The notes beneath the pieces are model-generated. The model was not told where the DNA came from. It saw only the letters and a program-made list of their open reading frames with translations, and did not search any database. DNA of 64,000 nt, taken from assembly GCA_003971905.1 (NCBI GenBank), contig RSEE01000049.1, positions 124,001 to 188,000 on the forward strand, in the 5' to 3' direction. Every line of letters starts with the position of its first letter. Within the stretch, counting starts at the first letter, position 1. Origin of the DNA: Moniliella sp. 'wahieum'. Lineage: Eukaryota. The translations under genes and the position numbers were made by a program. Positions 11,686-26,361 of the stretch are shown here, in pieces.

Positions 11686-12829
11686 ACTTGATCCATCCCT
11701 CCGTCTTCTCATGTGTGGTGTGAGATCATTTAGTAATAGTGTATCCCTGACCGCGTCCGATCCTGTTTTCATTTTGGTCCAACGCTTCCGTTCTAAGCCA
11801 GTTAGGCGTTGATGCTGATGGTATAGAAGGGGTGGGAGAGATGGGGCTCTGCGCCCGGGACTGCGCATCTTTGTTCTGCTTCAGCCGCTTTGCCAACAGG
11901 CGCCTGAGCCCATCCCAGTCGTCAGACGCCCGCAGAAATGCGAAACGTCAACATACTGGCGAGCTAGCTGAATGGCAGCCTCCTTGCGTCAACGTAACGT
12001 TGTTTCTCGATTCTGCCGATCTGGTTATCTCTGGCTCGCATCCCCATGGACTGAAAATGATTGCAGCTCATACACATGGCCCAAGGAAAACAATGGCCAG
12101 CCTCAACAGCCTCGTTGGTTCAACCAACATGTGGGTTGTTGGTTGTGGGTTGAACTTCAACGTCGAATGTTGAATGCGCCTGCCACTTCGAAAATGGCAA
12201 TATCTCGCACAGGTATCGTCATATCTCCCTTCCACATCGCTCTCCCATCGCAACATACAAAGTCACCCAAGCATCGCATGCAATCTATGCCGATGCGTAG
12301 TAAGACGGGAACGGCCTCCACGGGGCCAACACAAGGAAAGAGGGGTAGTATTAGCTCCAAGCTCGAGGGAAGCTTGTGGTTGATAAGAACAGTAGGCAGG
12401 CGATCACCCGCCCTAGAGCGTCCACGCGCTGCCGCGGCCCGAGATGCGAGAAGGCAATGCGGGCGCAGGGAGGCGGTGTGATGGTGGTGGCGGGGGGCGG
12501 CGGACTGGACGGAGGGCGAGGGCGGAACCAGCGGCGGGCTGGACAGGACATGCGGGAGTACTGATGTACTGATGCAGCCCCGTGCGCAACCGGTGCCAAG
12601 GGCGGCGCCTGGGGGGCAGTGTGTGACTGCCTCTCCAGTAGGGTTGTTCATGGAGATGGCGTGCTATCAACACTCTCGCCGTGCCATGCGAACACCGCAC
12701 ACTCTCCCACTGCCCGCCGCCCGCCCGCGCGGAGAAGAGTGGAAACTTGCAAAATTGGAGCCCGGTGCGATGAGCACGGCGCGAGTGTCGTGTGCCTCCC
12801 CCATGCGGGGTGTGCGTCGAGCGACGGCG

Positions 12830-12836
12830 TATAAAA
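12830..12836 (+). promoter_or_regulatory. TATA box of MET6
   Basis: TATAAAA about 65 nt upstream of ATG 12898, followed by a pyrimidine-rich leader. Confidence 0.6.
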
Positions 12837-12897
12837 TGCAAGAAGGAATGCCACCCGTTCTTCCCCCCCCCCCCCCAACCTTTTCCCCTCCGGTATC

Positions 12898-15270
12898 ATG
12901 GGTAAGTGTCTTCGGTCCCGCTCCAGGCTGTCCTGGGAACCCTGACTGACTTTGCGTGTTTCCAGCTCCTCCACTGTTCTTGGTTTCCCCCGCATTGGCC
13001 CGCAGCGCGAGGTCAAGAAGGCTCTCGAGGCCTTCTGGGGCGGCAAGATCCCAGTCGAAGAGCTCCTCAAGGTTGCCAAGGAGCAGCGCCTGCTCACTTA
13101 TGAAATCATCAAGAACCAGGGCGTGGATCTGATCCCCACTGGCACCTTCTCGCTCTATGACCATGTCTTGGACAACTCGCTTGTGTTCAACGTGATCCCT
13201 GAGGCGTATGCCAAGTCGGGCCTCAACCCCCTCGACACGTACTTCGCGTTGGCTCGCGGTCACCAGAAGGGCGATGTCGACCTGCCTGCCACGGAGATGC
13301 GCAAGTGGTTTGACAGCAACTACCACTACCTTGTCCCCGAGTTTACTCCCTCGACCGACTTCAAGCTCAACGACCTCAAGCCCTTGAACGACTTCGTCGA
13401 GGCCAAGGAAGCTGGCTACAATGCGCGCCCCGTGCTGCTCGGCCCCATCACCTTCCTCTACCTCGGTAAGGCTGGGGAAGGGTGCCCCGGAAGACTTCAA
13501 GCCTTGAGCCTGCTCCCCAAGCTCATTCCTGTCTATGCCGAGCTCCTGAAGAAGCTTGGCGCCGCGGGTGCCTCTTGGGTTCAGATTGACGAGCCTGTGC
13601 TTGTCACGGACGACGCTGCGGCCCTTGCGGACGCCTTCAAGCAGGTCTACACGGAGCTTAACAAGGCTGTTCCGGAAGTCAACCTGATGCTCACCACCTA
13701 CTTTGGTCGCTTGACTCGAACATCAGCTTTGTCAAGGACCTGCCCATTGCCGGTCTCCACATTGACCTTGACCGTGCTCCCCAGCAGCTTGAGTCGGTCG
13801 TTGAGGCTGTTGCGCCTACCAAGATTGGCCTCTCGCTTGGTCTCGTTTCGGGCCGTAACATTTGGAAGACCGACCTGGCCGCGGCGCTCGAGAAGGCCAA
13901 GTACGCTGTGGAGAAGCTTGGCTCGGACCGTGTTGTTGTAGCCAGCTCATCGTCGCTCCTTCACACTCCCATCACCATTGCCAATGAGAAGAAGCTCTCG
14001 CCCGAGGTGCTTGACTGGTTCTCTTTTGCCACTGAGAAGGCTGGCGAAGTGGCCACGCTTGCCCAGGCTCTCGCCAACCCCAAGGCGGCTGAGGCTGCGT
14101 TGGCCAAGAACGCCACCTCGATCAAGGCGCGTCGCGACTACGAGAAGAACTCGGACCCCGCTGTCCGCGAGCGCCTGGCCGCCATCAAGCCCGCCGACCT
14201 CGAGCGCAAGTCGCCCTTCACTACGCGTGCGGCGCTGCAGAAGAAGCATCTCAACCTCCCTCTCTTCCCCACTACCACCATCGGCTCCTTCCCTCAGACG
14301 AAGGAGATTCGTCAAGTGCGTGCCAAGTTCAACAAGGGCGAGGTGACCCAGGAGCAGTACGACCAGTTCCTGGAGAATGAGATCAAGGATGTGGTTGAGC
14401 GTCAGGAGAAGCTGGGTCTTGACGTGCTCGTCCACGGTGAGCCGGAGCGCAACGACATGGTCCAGTACTTCGGTGAGCTTCTCGATGGCTTTGCCTTCAC
14501 CCAGAATGGTTGGGTTCAGAGCTTTGGCTCGCGCTACGTGCGTCCGCCTATTGTCGTGGGCGATGTGTCGCGCCCCAAGGCCATGACGGTGCGCTGGTCA
14601 GTCTTTGCCCAGAGCGTGACCAAGAAGACGATGAAGGGGATGCTCACTGGGCCGGTTACCATCCTCAACTGGTCTTTCCCCCGTGCCGATGTGGGCAAGG
14701 ACGTGCAAGCGCTCCAGATTGCTCTCGCCCTGCGTGACGAGGTGGCCGACTTGCAAAAGGCGGGCATCAAGGCCATCCAGGTGGACGAGCCGGCCATCCG
14801 TGAGGGTCTTCCTCTCCGTCATGCCGACTGGCAGGCCTACCTCCGCTGGGCCGTGGACTCGTTCAAGCTCGCCACGGCGGTCGCAGACGATGATGTCAAC
14901 ACGGCGTCGCACTTCTGCTACTCGGACTTTGCCAACCCGGCCGTGATGCAGGCGATGATTGACCTGGACGCGGACATGCTCTCGATTGAGAATGCCAAGG
15001 CCGGTGCCAAGTACCTCAACGTCTGGAAGTCGATCCACTACCCCAACGAGATTGGCCCCGGTGTGTTTGACATCCACTCGCCTCGTGTGCCGTCGAAGGA
15101 GGAGATGCTCCAACGGATCAAGGAGAATGCCCTGTTCCTCCCCCGAGCAGCTTTGGGTCAACCCCGACTGTGGTCTCAAGACGCGTACCTGGCCCGAGTG
15201 CGAGGCGCAGCTGGCCAACATGGTCGCGGCCGCCAAGGAGGCCCGCGCTCTGTTTGCCGACAAGAAGTAA
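12898..15270 (+). CDS. MET6: Cobalamin-independent methionine synthase
   Basis: '[24 protein letters not shown]', '[12 protein letters not shown]', '[11 protein letters not shown]', '[18 protein letters not shown]', 'HFCYSDF', '[11 protein letters not shown]'. Intron follows the ATG (GTAAGT..CAG 12965). Indels near 13715 and 15140. Confidence 0.97.
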
Positions 15271-16135
15271 GCGGCTCGCTTCGGTTTTCCTTTCCCCTTG
15301 TACAGGCTACTTCAACATAGTAGCCGTCCTAGGGCGTGCTCAACGCATCGCCCACGCTGGACACTACCAACCCTCCACTGGCTGCATGCCATGGGGGGAC
15401 CTACACCAATATTGACCCACACCCGACTTGTACTGTTCAACACCATATTTGTAAGATGATTCAACATCCTGTATGAATACAACTGCATTCGTGCCCCCCT
15501 CTTGTGCTTGGGTTTGAATGGACAAGGCGAGAGAGATCATAGAATCGGTCGAGATGCCCTCTGCTTCCAAAACGTATGCGGTGTCAGCTGTGAGGTGTGC
15601 GACTTTGCCTCCTCGTGCATGATGCGGCCTGCACCACATCATGTGGCAGAGCGGTGGGCAACATCACCGTGTATCTCTAGTGTGGGACCTTCGCTGCCCT
15701 GAACCGTATGCGCTTGGCTTCGTCTTGCTACTGTTTTCGCTCCAATATGCTCATCGCTTATCGTTCGCCTTCAAGGTATACGATGAGGAAGTGCTTCCGC
15801 TTGTGGTCCCCAAGCAGCAGGTGCCCATTCGGTGCAAGTGGGGGCCGAGCGCAGGGTCTGGCACTCGTTCCGCGAGAAAGGGCGGAAGAGGGCGACTTTT
15901 GAACGTTGCAAATCTGCGAGGCGGAGTCGACTGATGGGGGCGTATATGCGCTGCAGCCTATTAATGCCGCCGCGTGAGCCGGCCTGATTGATAGCGGCCC
16001 AGTATAGGCCTGGCTCTACGATCTAACTACTACTCGACGCGTCTCCCCGCCTTCCACCGCAACCACCACCACCACGCCTCCTCTTGCGCCGCTGCCCCCC
16101 TTGTCCAGATCGCATCCCGGGGGGCGCTGCTCGCC

Positions 16136-19100
16136 ATGGTGCGTCTGCCGTCCTGCGTACGCCACCACTGCACGCCTGCCCCGCTGACTCTGCCCCTCGC
16201 CCACCAGTCGTCGCTCAACGTCAGGGACGCACTCTCCTACCTCGACCTGGTCAAGGTCCACTTTGCACACCATCCCACCATCTACAACCAGTTCCTCGAC
16301 ATTATGAAGGACTTCAAGAGCCAGGCCATCGACACCCCCGACGTTATCCAGCGCGTCTCCTCCCTCTTCCAGGGCCATGCCTCGCTCATCCAGGGCTTCA
16401 ACACCTTTCTCCCACCGGGCTACCACATCGACTGCTCCCACGACACGCGCCTTGTCACCCTCACTACTCCCGCTGGCACCACCACCGTCCAGGGGGGGCA
16501 GACAAGCGCCAGCACTCGTAACGGCATCGCTCCACCCGTCTCGACCGTGCATACAACTACCCCTGACCCATCCGTTGGCCCCGCGCGAGTCTCCCCGGTC
16601 CCACTTCCACACGACATGGCTGTGCCGCACCGGACCGAGACTATATTTTATTCCCACCATCCCCAGCCTCCTTCCAACTCTGTCCGATACAACGCTACGC
16701 CACCCCCTGTGCCTGGCGCAACTGCGACCAATAGTGGAAACTTTTCACCTGATCGTACGTCCCCTCGGCTCTCTTTTCTTCGCTAATATGAATATTGTCC
16801 CCACCTGAACTGTCGCATCTGTCGCTCCCGACGTAACTACACCACCCACTTCACAAGAGGACCCCAAAGGGCCACTTGAATTCAACAGAGCGATCAATTA
16901 TGTCAACAAGATCAAACAGCGCTTCAATGAGGCCCCCGACACGTACAAACGGTTTCTTGAAATCCTCCAATCGTACCAACGCGGTACCCGTGCCATCCAC
17001 GTTGTCTACGCCGAAGTCACCATGTTATTCGAAAACAACAGAGACTTACTGGACGAGTTTCACCAGTTCTTGCCTGAAACTGATACTTCCATCGGTGCCG
17101 GCGCTGACCCGGAGGGGGCATCAACAGCGGAGCCTGAATTGTTTGGGGCCGCCATGTCTGGATCCCCGATGCCAGTGACCCAATCAGTGACCCAAACTAT
17201 TCCCCTCTACCCGACTTCAGAAGTGGTCCGGCTCCAACCTGCCGGAGGACAGAAAAAGCGCACGGCTCCCGGCCCAGCACTTGCTCCAGATGATGTTCCT
17301 TCCGCCAAGCCCCGGGCCAAGCGGGCCAAATCGATCCACCGCGATCCTACAAAAGAAGCCACTTATTCCGTCCCTTATCCTTCCCTCACTCCTCCCGAGG
17401 AGCCCGTCTATGCGCCCGCAGCAGATGTTACTTGGTACCCCGCAGAGGCAATCTTTGGCGTTCGATCGGACCCTCCCAGGGAGCCCGAGGAGAATATGTT
17501 GACCTCATTAGGAGGAATCGCGCTCTTTGATCGGATCAAGCGGTACATTGATTCCAAGCCTCGCTACAGCGAATTTCTGAAGCTGCTTCAACTGTTTTCG
17601 TCGGATGTGATCGATACACCATTGTTGCTAAATCAGGCGGCACTGGTTATTGGGGGCAACGCTGAGCTGTTTGGCCTCTTTTACCAGATGGTTGGCTTTG
17701 ACCAAGGGAATGATGGCTGGCTCACTGCCCACCCGCCTGTATTGGCCAACATTCCTGCCCAACAGAGGGACCAGCTCCATCCAAGTCGGTATAAATCCTA
17801 CGGGCCTTCTTACCGTCGCCTTCCACGTTTCGAGTCGAACCTTTCTTGCAGTGGACGGGACGCACTTTGCTGGTCCGTGCTCAACAACTCGTTCCTGAGC
17901 ACCCCACAGTTCTCCTCCGAGTCGGACGGATTTGTGCATCACGAGACGAACATATATGAACGTGCTCTCTTTCGCTCCGAGGAGGAACGGCACGAATTTG
18001 ATCATCACCTGGAGCTCAACTCGCGTACCATTGAGTTGCTCACGCCCATCGTACAACGGATCAAAGCAATGTCTGCCACGGAAAAAGACGCTTTCCGTCT
18101 TCCTTCCGACTTGGGTACCGCCAGCCCGACGATCCATGAACGTGCAGTGAAGAAGGTGTATGGCCGGGACGCTGGGCTGGAGGTCTTGGCTGCCATGGCC
18201 GATGCTCCGGCGGGTACGCTCCCGATCGTTCTAGGCCGGCTGCAGAAGACGGACGATGCATGGCGGGCACGGCAGCAAGACTGGAACAAGATCTGGCGTG
18301 AAGTCGATGGCCGCAACTTTTACAAAAGTTTGGATCTCGAGGGTGCTTCCTTTAAAAGCAACGACAAGCGTGCCACCACCGGCAAAGCATTTGTCGCGGA
18401 AATCGTGGCCGAACGTGCTCGACAGGTAACAGCAACAGAACGTTTACAAGCTCTCGCCCTCCCAGCCCCGGGTCCCGGGGCAGGCACCACCCCGTGCGCA
18501 TGGCCCTGTTACCAACATGCCGTCAAGATGAAAGACAAAGCCATATTTGGTGACGTTATCAAGATGTGCATCTCCCATTTGGATCGCGCCACAAGTTACA
18601 GCAAATCTGACATGGAACGAATCGAGTCGTTCATCCGTTCTTTTGGCCCTCTCCTGTTCGGACTGGACCCGGCTGATATCGATGCGTGGACTACGCCCCT
18701 CCGGATGGAAAGGAAGTGGATCAAGAGGTGCAGGGGAAAAGGCTTGACGATGAGGCCGACCCGAATGTAAGGGTAGATGGAGATGGCGCTTTCCCTCCCC
18801 AAACAAGGAAGAGTGGTGGATGCACAGACCGTCAATTCTCGAGACGGGAACTCATCCATCGACTCCTGGATGCAACTTCGTCCATTTTCCCAACCACCAA
18901 CCCCCAGTACAAATGCGGATCTGCCTATGGGCATTGACTCACTCTCCTTCTACGCCAATACGCAACTGTTTGTTTTTGTCAAATTGTTTGAGACGGTCTA
19001 CACTCGCTTGGCAATGCTCAAGGGGGCAGCCGAGGCACGAGTGCAAGCATACCCTTCCATGCAACGGATGAACCCGGTGGCTGTCGCCCTGGGCTGCAGG

Positions 19101-20116
19101 ACCCTTCCACGGGCCCAGGCGCCGTGGTGGGGGCACTGGCATATGCCGCGCAGGAGAATCCGGACAAAGTGGGTGGTCTGTTCCTCCATCCACGACACTA
19201 CTACGGCACAATGTTGGAGATGTGCGAGCGACTATTTGACGGCGAGTTGGACCAGTCCTCGTTTGAGGAGGCAGCACGGTTCATGTTTGGCATCCAAGCC
19301 TACCCGATCTTTACAATGGACAAGCTTATGAGCAGGTTGGTTAAGGCGGTGCGTGGGAAACCTCCTTTGTATTCTCCAGCACAACAATCGCGACAAACTA
19401 ACATTGCCTTCAGATGCACAACCTAGTCACGGACCAACCTTCGCTTGCGCTCATTGACCATGCTGGTCCCGCCCATGCTCGAACTCGAGCGGCGGCCGCG
19501 GCTGTGCGCGCTGCACCCCAAAGCGAGCAGGCAACGGTGGAGTGGTACCGCAGCCACATTGATCAACGTATGGCCTCGGAAGAGCTCCTTGCGACCGATG
19601 AGAATCTGTTCCGGATCGTATGGGACCCAACGGCTCACCTGCTCACCCTCCAGCTCTTGGGCCAGGACGAGCTGACTCTGCCGCAAGAAGCCACGTCGGT
19701 GCGCAACAAGTATCTCTACTACCTGGCCGCCTATGCCTCGTGGTATCCAACCGAGGGTCTGCCTCGACCTGCCACTGCGCGCGTCTTAGCCCGCAACCTG
19801 GCGCACGTTGGACAGCCCCCCTCCCATTGGTCCGCCACGCTGGAAAACGTAGAATCCAGGGCGCAGGTATCCGATGCGGCGGTCCTCTTCTCCCCTGCAT
19901 GGCATCCAGGGACATCTCGACCCGCACGTGCTCCGCCTTGTCTTTGATCAAGGTCGGGACGATGTCATGGTTCGCCGCTGTTTCCCGTCCGAACACGAGG
20001 CCAGTCAAAGAAGCTTGCACCTGGGTCGGACGCGCAAGGAGGCTCGGTTGATTGCACTTCTGGCGCAACGTATGGATTCTGTCCCTTCCGGCTCGGGTGC
20101 CCGTGCCCATGTCTGA
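16136..20116 (+). CDS. SIN3: Sin3-family transcriptional corepressor (PAH1-3, HDAC-interaction domain, C-terminal domain)
   Basis: PAH1 'LNVRDALSYLDLVKVHF...YNQFLDIMKDFKSQAIDTPDVIQRVSSLF', PAH2 'EFNRAINYVNKIKQRF', HID 'YGPSYRRLP...CSGRDALCWSVLN', 'NFYKSLD', 'AYPIFTMDKL'. Introns and indels present. Confidence 0.95.
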
Positions 20117-20398
20117 CAGTGTTCGCCCCCGCCCCCTCGCCTCGCCTCGCCCCCTCTCCTTCCTGGCTTCCTGGCGTCGTACATCACTGTGTCTACTTCG
20201 ACGGGAGGCCCTTCTGATTTCGTTGACCTTACCCCAAGGGTGGCCCCGTTTTCGATTCCAAGTTATAGTTGTTGTACAAAACCCTTGTGGTTGTAGCCTA
20301 ACGAGATGGAACAGATGGCTCTTGATTGAATTCAAGTCGTAGGTGCTAGGGATGGAAGCATATGCGTAGAATATACAAAACGGGATGGATCTCACATG

Positions 20399-22074
20399 TC
20401 AAAGATGAGGCGGAGCCAAGTCCTTGTTGAGGTAGGAATACAAGTCCGAGGTGAGGAACTCAGAGGGCTTGGGCTTCCGTACCTGGTCAGAGAGATACTT
20501 GCGTGCCAACTCAACCGCCTTGGGATCCAATCCTTTCAACTTGCCCGCTTCCTCTGCAAGCAGCTGGTCAACAAACTCGGGCGTGACCTTCTTGCCCTCG
20601 GCCGTTGTGACACCGTGGTACACCCACGACCACAGCCCTACGCGCGAGATTTCCGCCGTAGCCGCATCCTCCATCATGTAGTTGATCGGTACACACCCTT
20701 GCCCTTGACCCAGTTGGCGCAGTAGCCCAGCAGCGCCGACACGTTGGCCCGAGCACCGCCCTCGGTCACTTGGCCCGGGACCGACGGGTTCAAGAGATCC
20801 TGAGCAGTGACTGTGACCTCTTCCCGGCGGACATAGTACTGGTTAGGACCCAGCATGTGCTCATTAAAGATCTCGAGTGCAATTGGGACGAGAGCCGGGT
20901 GGGCTACCCAGGTACCATCGTGGCCAGCGGTCACTTCACGAAGCTTGTCGGCCCGGACCTTGTTCATGGCAATCTCGTTGGCCTGTGGGTTGTCCTTGAT
21001 GGGGATCTGGGCCGCCATACCTCCAATGGCAGCCACGCCGCGCTTGTGGCACGTCTGAATTAGTAGGTTGACGTAGGCTTGCATAAAGGGCACCGTCATT
21101 GTCACCTCGGCACGGTCGGGCAAGATCTTGTCAGCCTGGAAGCGCTGTCGCTTGATAAATGAAAAGATGTAGTCCACCGGCCACAGTTGAGTCCCGAGCT
21201 GTGCTCACGCAACTCGTAGATAATCTCATCCATCTGGAACGCAGCCGTGATGGTCTCGATCAACACAGTGCCACGAATGGTGCCACGCGGGATGCGAGGT
21301 AGTCCTGGGCGACATTGAAAATGTCATTCCACAGGCGCGCTTCGAGGTGGTGCTCATCTTGGGAAGGTAAAAGTAGGGTCCAAATCCAGTGCGGACAAGC
21401 TCCTTGGCATTGTGGAAAAAGTACAAGGCAAAGTCAAAAATCCCGCCCGACACCGACTGACCATCGATCACCACATTGTCCTCGTTGAGATGCCAGCCGC
21501 GGGGACGAACAATCAAAGTGGCTGTCTGACCGGCCGGCTTGAGCTTGTATGCCTTACCGTTGGATGCAGTAAAGTCAATCTTGCGGAAGATGGCGTCGCG
21601 CATGTTGACCTGCCCATCGAGGTTGTTACCCCACGTGGGGGAGTTGGAGTCTTCAAAGTCAGCCATGTAAGTGTAGGCCCCCGAGTTGAGTGCGTTGATC
21701 ACCATCTTGCGGTCCACAGGACCCGTGATCTCCACCCGCGGTCGCGCAGACCAGCAGCGGGAGGGGCCGCACGCCAAGTCGGGTCCTCCCGAATGTACTT
21801 GGTCTCTGGCAAGAAGTCAAGAGGCACGCCGGCATCGAGTTGCAGCTGCCGCACCTCGCGCGCCTTGAGCAACTTCTGGCGTGTTGGCTCAAAGGTGCGA
21901 TGGAGGATGGCGAGGAATGAAAGCGCCTCGGGAGTCAGGATATCCTTGTGCAGACCCTCGACCGGGCCTGAGTGACGGGCAAGGAGAAGGTGTCAGTCAC
22001 ACGTCTCCCAGTGCGCATTGTTGAAGGCAGGGATGAAAAAGACATACAAGAACGCGAATGCCGTCGGTGGACAT
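20399..22074 (-). CDS. MLS1: Malate synthase A (glyoxylate cycle)
   Basis: '[21 protein letters not shown]...MADFEDS', 'IVRPRGWH', 'GPYFYLPKM', 'DYIFSFIK', '[11 protein letters not shown]', '[11 protein letters not shown]'. Intron 21968-22047; ends '..LAPPHL*'; TATATATA at 22167-22174. Confidence 0.97.
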
Positions 22075-23341
22075 GGTGGCTAAGCTGACAGTGTGGTGTG
22101 AGCCTAGAGGGGGTGGGGATAGGAGCTGAGGATGAAGATGCTGGATGTGGGGGGGCTGGGGCGGGCTATATATACACCAGTGGCGGAGGTTGCGTCACCA
22201 GCGCATCAGCCTGGGGCGTCTGGCCAACCAGCTGGGGTGGTAGTGGTATCGCTTTGTGCGGGGGGCCCGGCTGGCGCCGTGCCTGCCGCATCCGACAACA
22301 TTTCACTTTTACCCCACCGCGATGACGGAGGTCTAGACGAGCAGCCAACACTGGCCCGGTGCTGCGGGCGGTTTGTCCGCTACGCCCGAATCCGTTTCCT
22401 CCGCCGGAGCGGGGATTTTGAAATGTGCAGCTTCGCTCGGACCAGCCCCGGTCACCGTGTCACAGATCACCGCCACGGTCAGCGTTGCAGTCACCGAACG
22501 CCGTGCAATGCATGCCAAAATACATAGTGGGCCGCGGGTGTGCTCTTGTACTGGCACCAGCCTGCGTAGGCCCAGCGCCAGTCTGGCGAGCGGTTCGGCT
22601 CCGCCTCCCGTCTCGGCTCCAGCCTGCTCCCGCTTGCCCGCCGCGGCGGCTGGGGAAGCCGGCGGCTTGGAGCGCTTAGAAAACCCAAGCGTTATTAGCG
22701 CCGCTGATTAATTGGCGGCGGATGGGATTGAAAACATTACCTACTTGTTCATTAGTTGCAATTTAAAATGTAACCCTTGATCACGTTACGCGTTACGCCT
22801 TAGTCGTTAATCGATAATCAGCTTAATCATCACGAGGAGACACCCGGGCCTACGGCCCGGTCAGCTGGGGCTTCGCCCCAGCTGGGTACTTGGTCGCCAC
22901 CTTAGCCACCCTTCCCCGGTCCACCATTCCACGCTGGAACCCTTCCACGCTGGAAAGTCGAAATAATATCACCGATGCTTGCTGCTGGGTGGCTGGGAAC
23001 GTGGCACCGGTCGGCACGTGTCTATGACGTAAAAGATGCACGGCGGATCAATTTTGCGTATGACATAGGGGTGTTCTCCCTCTCGCGTCCATGTCACGTC
23101 ACGCTACATGCCACACCCGAGCGCGCTTCGGCACGCGTGCAACCGTTGCCCTTTCTGCTAAGGCGTAGCGCTTAGCGCTTACAGACCGCCGCGCATCCAA
23201 TGCTACGCTATTGTATGGACGCGAAACAGCACTACCGATTCCCAGCGGCTACTAGAGGACACACCAAACACATGCCAAAGGAGGATATTCTTGCAGTATG
23301 GAGCTGCTGGTACAGGTAACAGTACAGGTATTGGCATCGCC

Positions 23342-23676
<335 letters not shown>

Positions 23677-24314
23677 TCAGATGTCGATGAATTTAGAAAT
23701 GCAGCGAAACAAGAGAGAAGGCATACTTTGTCAGTGAGAAGATCAAAGAGGTGGATGAAGGAAAACAACAGTTGGGACCCCAACCCGCCCGCTTTTATAT
23801 CAGTCCTCTCTGACGCGTTGAATATGAGACCGCTCCTAGTGTGGTATCGACCAATCATCATGCATCATCGATCGTCGATCATCAATTAATGAACAGGATT
23901 GTGTCTGAGATCTGACACCCAGAAGGGGCTGCGTCAGCTGGGTCCTGCTGCGTCTCGTTTCCCGACTTGTGAACGTTGTGAACGTGGTATGAGGCCATGA
24001 GGCCTATGAGGCTGGGGGATGCCCATGTTCGTTCACACGTTCACAAAACAAGAGAAAGCGATGGCATCCACATTTCAACCCTGCAACATTTCAATAGTGT
24101 ATCTTCGTTGTCGGTGGTGATGATTCTGTTGGACTCAAGCAGGCGAGCGCGTTGTGAACGTACGGAAGGCAGATTGTATGTTGCGCTTGCTCGCCCTTGG
24201 CTTGCGGCTGTTTGGCACCCGCATGCCCCTCTCCCGAAGATATATATAGCACCTTTGCGTGAGGTTGCAGCCACCCCTTTCCGTTATCGCATTGCTCCCC
24301 GCTTTACTCGCATC

Positions 24315-24805
<491 letters not shown>

Positions 24806-25384
24806 AAGGTCTTCGTCCTCCCTTTCTCTTCCCTGTACAACTACTGTTTCAATCATGTGCTGCACCGACCAATATACTATTTACTTAATGGCATCCATCG
24901 TCTGCATTCGGTACATGTATAGCGCTGCCTTCATCTTGAAGGATGGATTGATGCTGAGATCTGAGAGAATACTGAAGATGTTGACGGCATATGCTTCAAT
25001 GTGGCTCCCGTAGCCACGGGCGATTGATTACAAGATTTGCTCTTGTCACTACACTGACCTGTGCCGTCCTCACAATCTCCAGCGACTAGCGAACCCCCAG
25101 GGAGGGCGTCACAACATGGGGAATGAGATGGTTTTAACGGATCTATAACAACAAAACGACATTAACGTCGTTGGTTGCTGAGTCAATGAGGGCGATAACC
25201 TACGAATGCGAGCTGCAGTTACTACTACTTACGCGTACACATCCAGGTAGGAGGTTACCACGAAGTTTACTTCGAGTTCAACGTCAACAGTTACCGGTTA
25301 ACGTTTAACATTCATCTTGAGCAGCTGGCCATACCTTCATAGACTCACAACACCATGAACGTTGACCGTCGAACAGAATTGCTA

Positions 25385-25959
<575 letters not shown>

Positions 25960-26361
25960 GTTGAGAGAGTTGAAGTTAAGGAAAAAGCGGGAGAGAAGGT
26001 GGGAGAGGTTGGTAAGGCACTGACAGCAAGAGGTCCCGACCACGTATATATGTCGACCCCTCTGGCGCAAGCCACGAGCTTGGGTGAACGGTCCGGTTGA
26101 TCCAAGGCGCTAGGCGAGAGGCAGTTTTGATGCGCACCATAATGTTCTGGCCTATGTAACCGCAATTTAGGTACGCTACCAACCCTAACGGAGGTGGTGT
26201 TTTGGTGCGCACTAAATTGTTTGCTCCCCGCCCCTTGGGCGGCCGGAGCGAAGTCAAGGCCTGTATATAACGCGTGTCGGTGTCCCAAGCTCTTTGCCCA
26301 ACCACCTCCATCCCACCACCTGTGCACCCGCCTACCCCCACTTCCTCTAGTTCTCTCAAAC

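Noticed and set aside
11820..12650. ORFs of 110-170 aa on both strands upstream of MET6
   Set aside because: No recognisable motifs or codon bias; probably promoter or decayed sequence.
12667..15263. Long antisense ORFs over MET6, and similar ones over the histones and SPT6
   Set aside because: Shadow ORFs expected from strong GC3 codon bias.
15364..15900. Possible small gene on the minus strand between MET6 and SIN3
   Set aside because: The 92-aa ORF looks weakly protein-like, but no start, splice structure or family could be supported.
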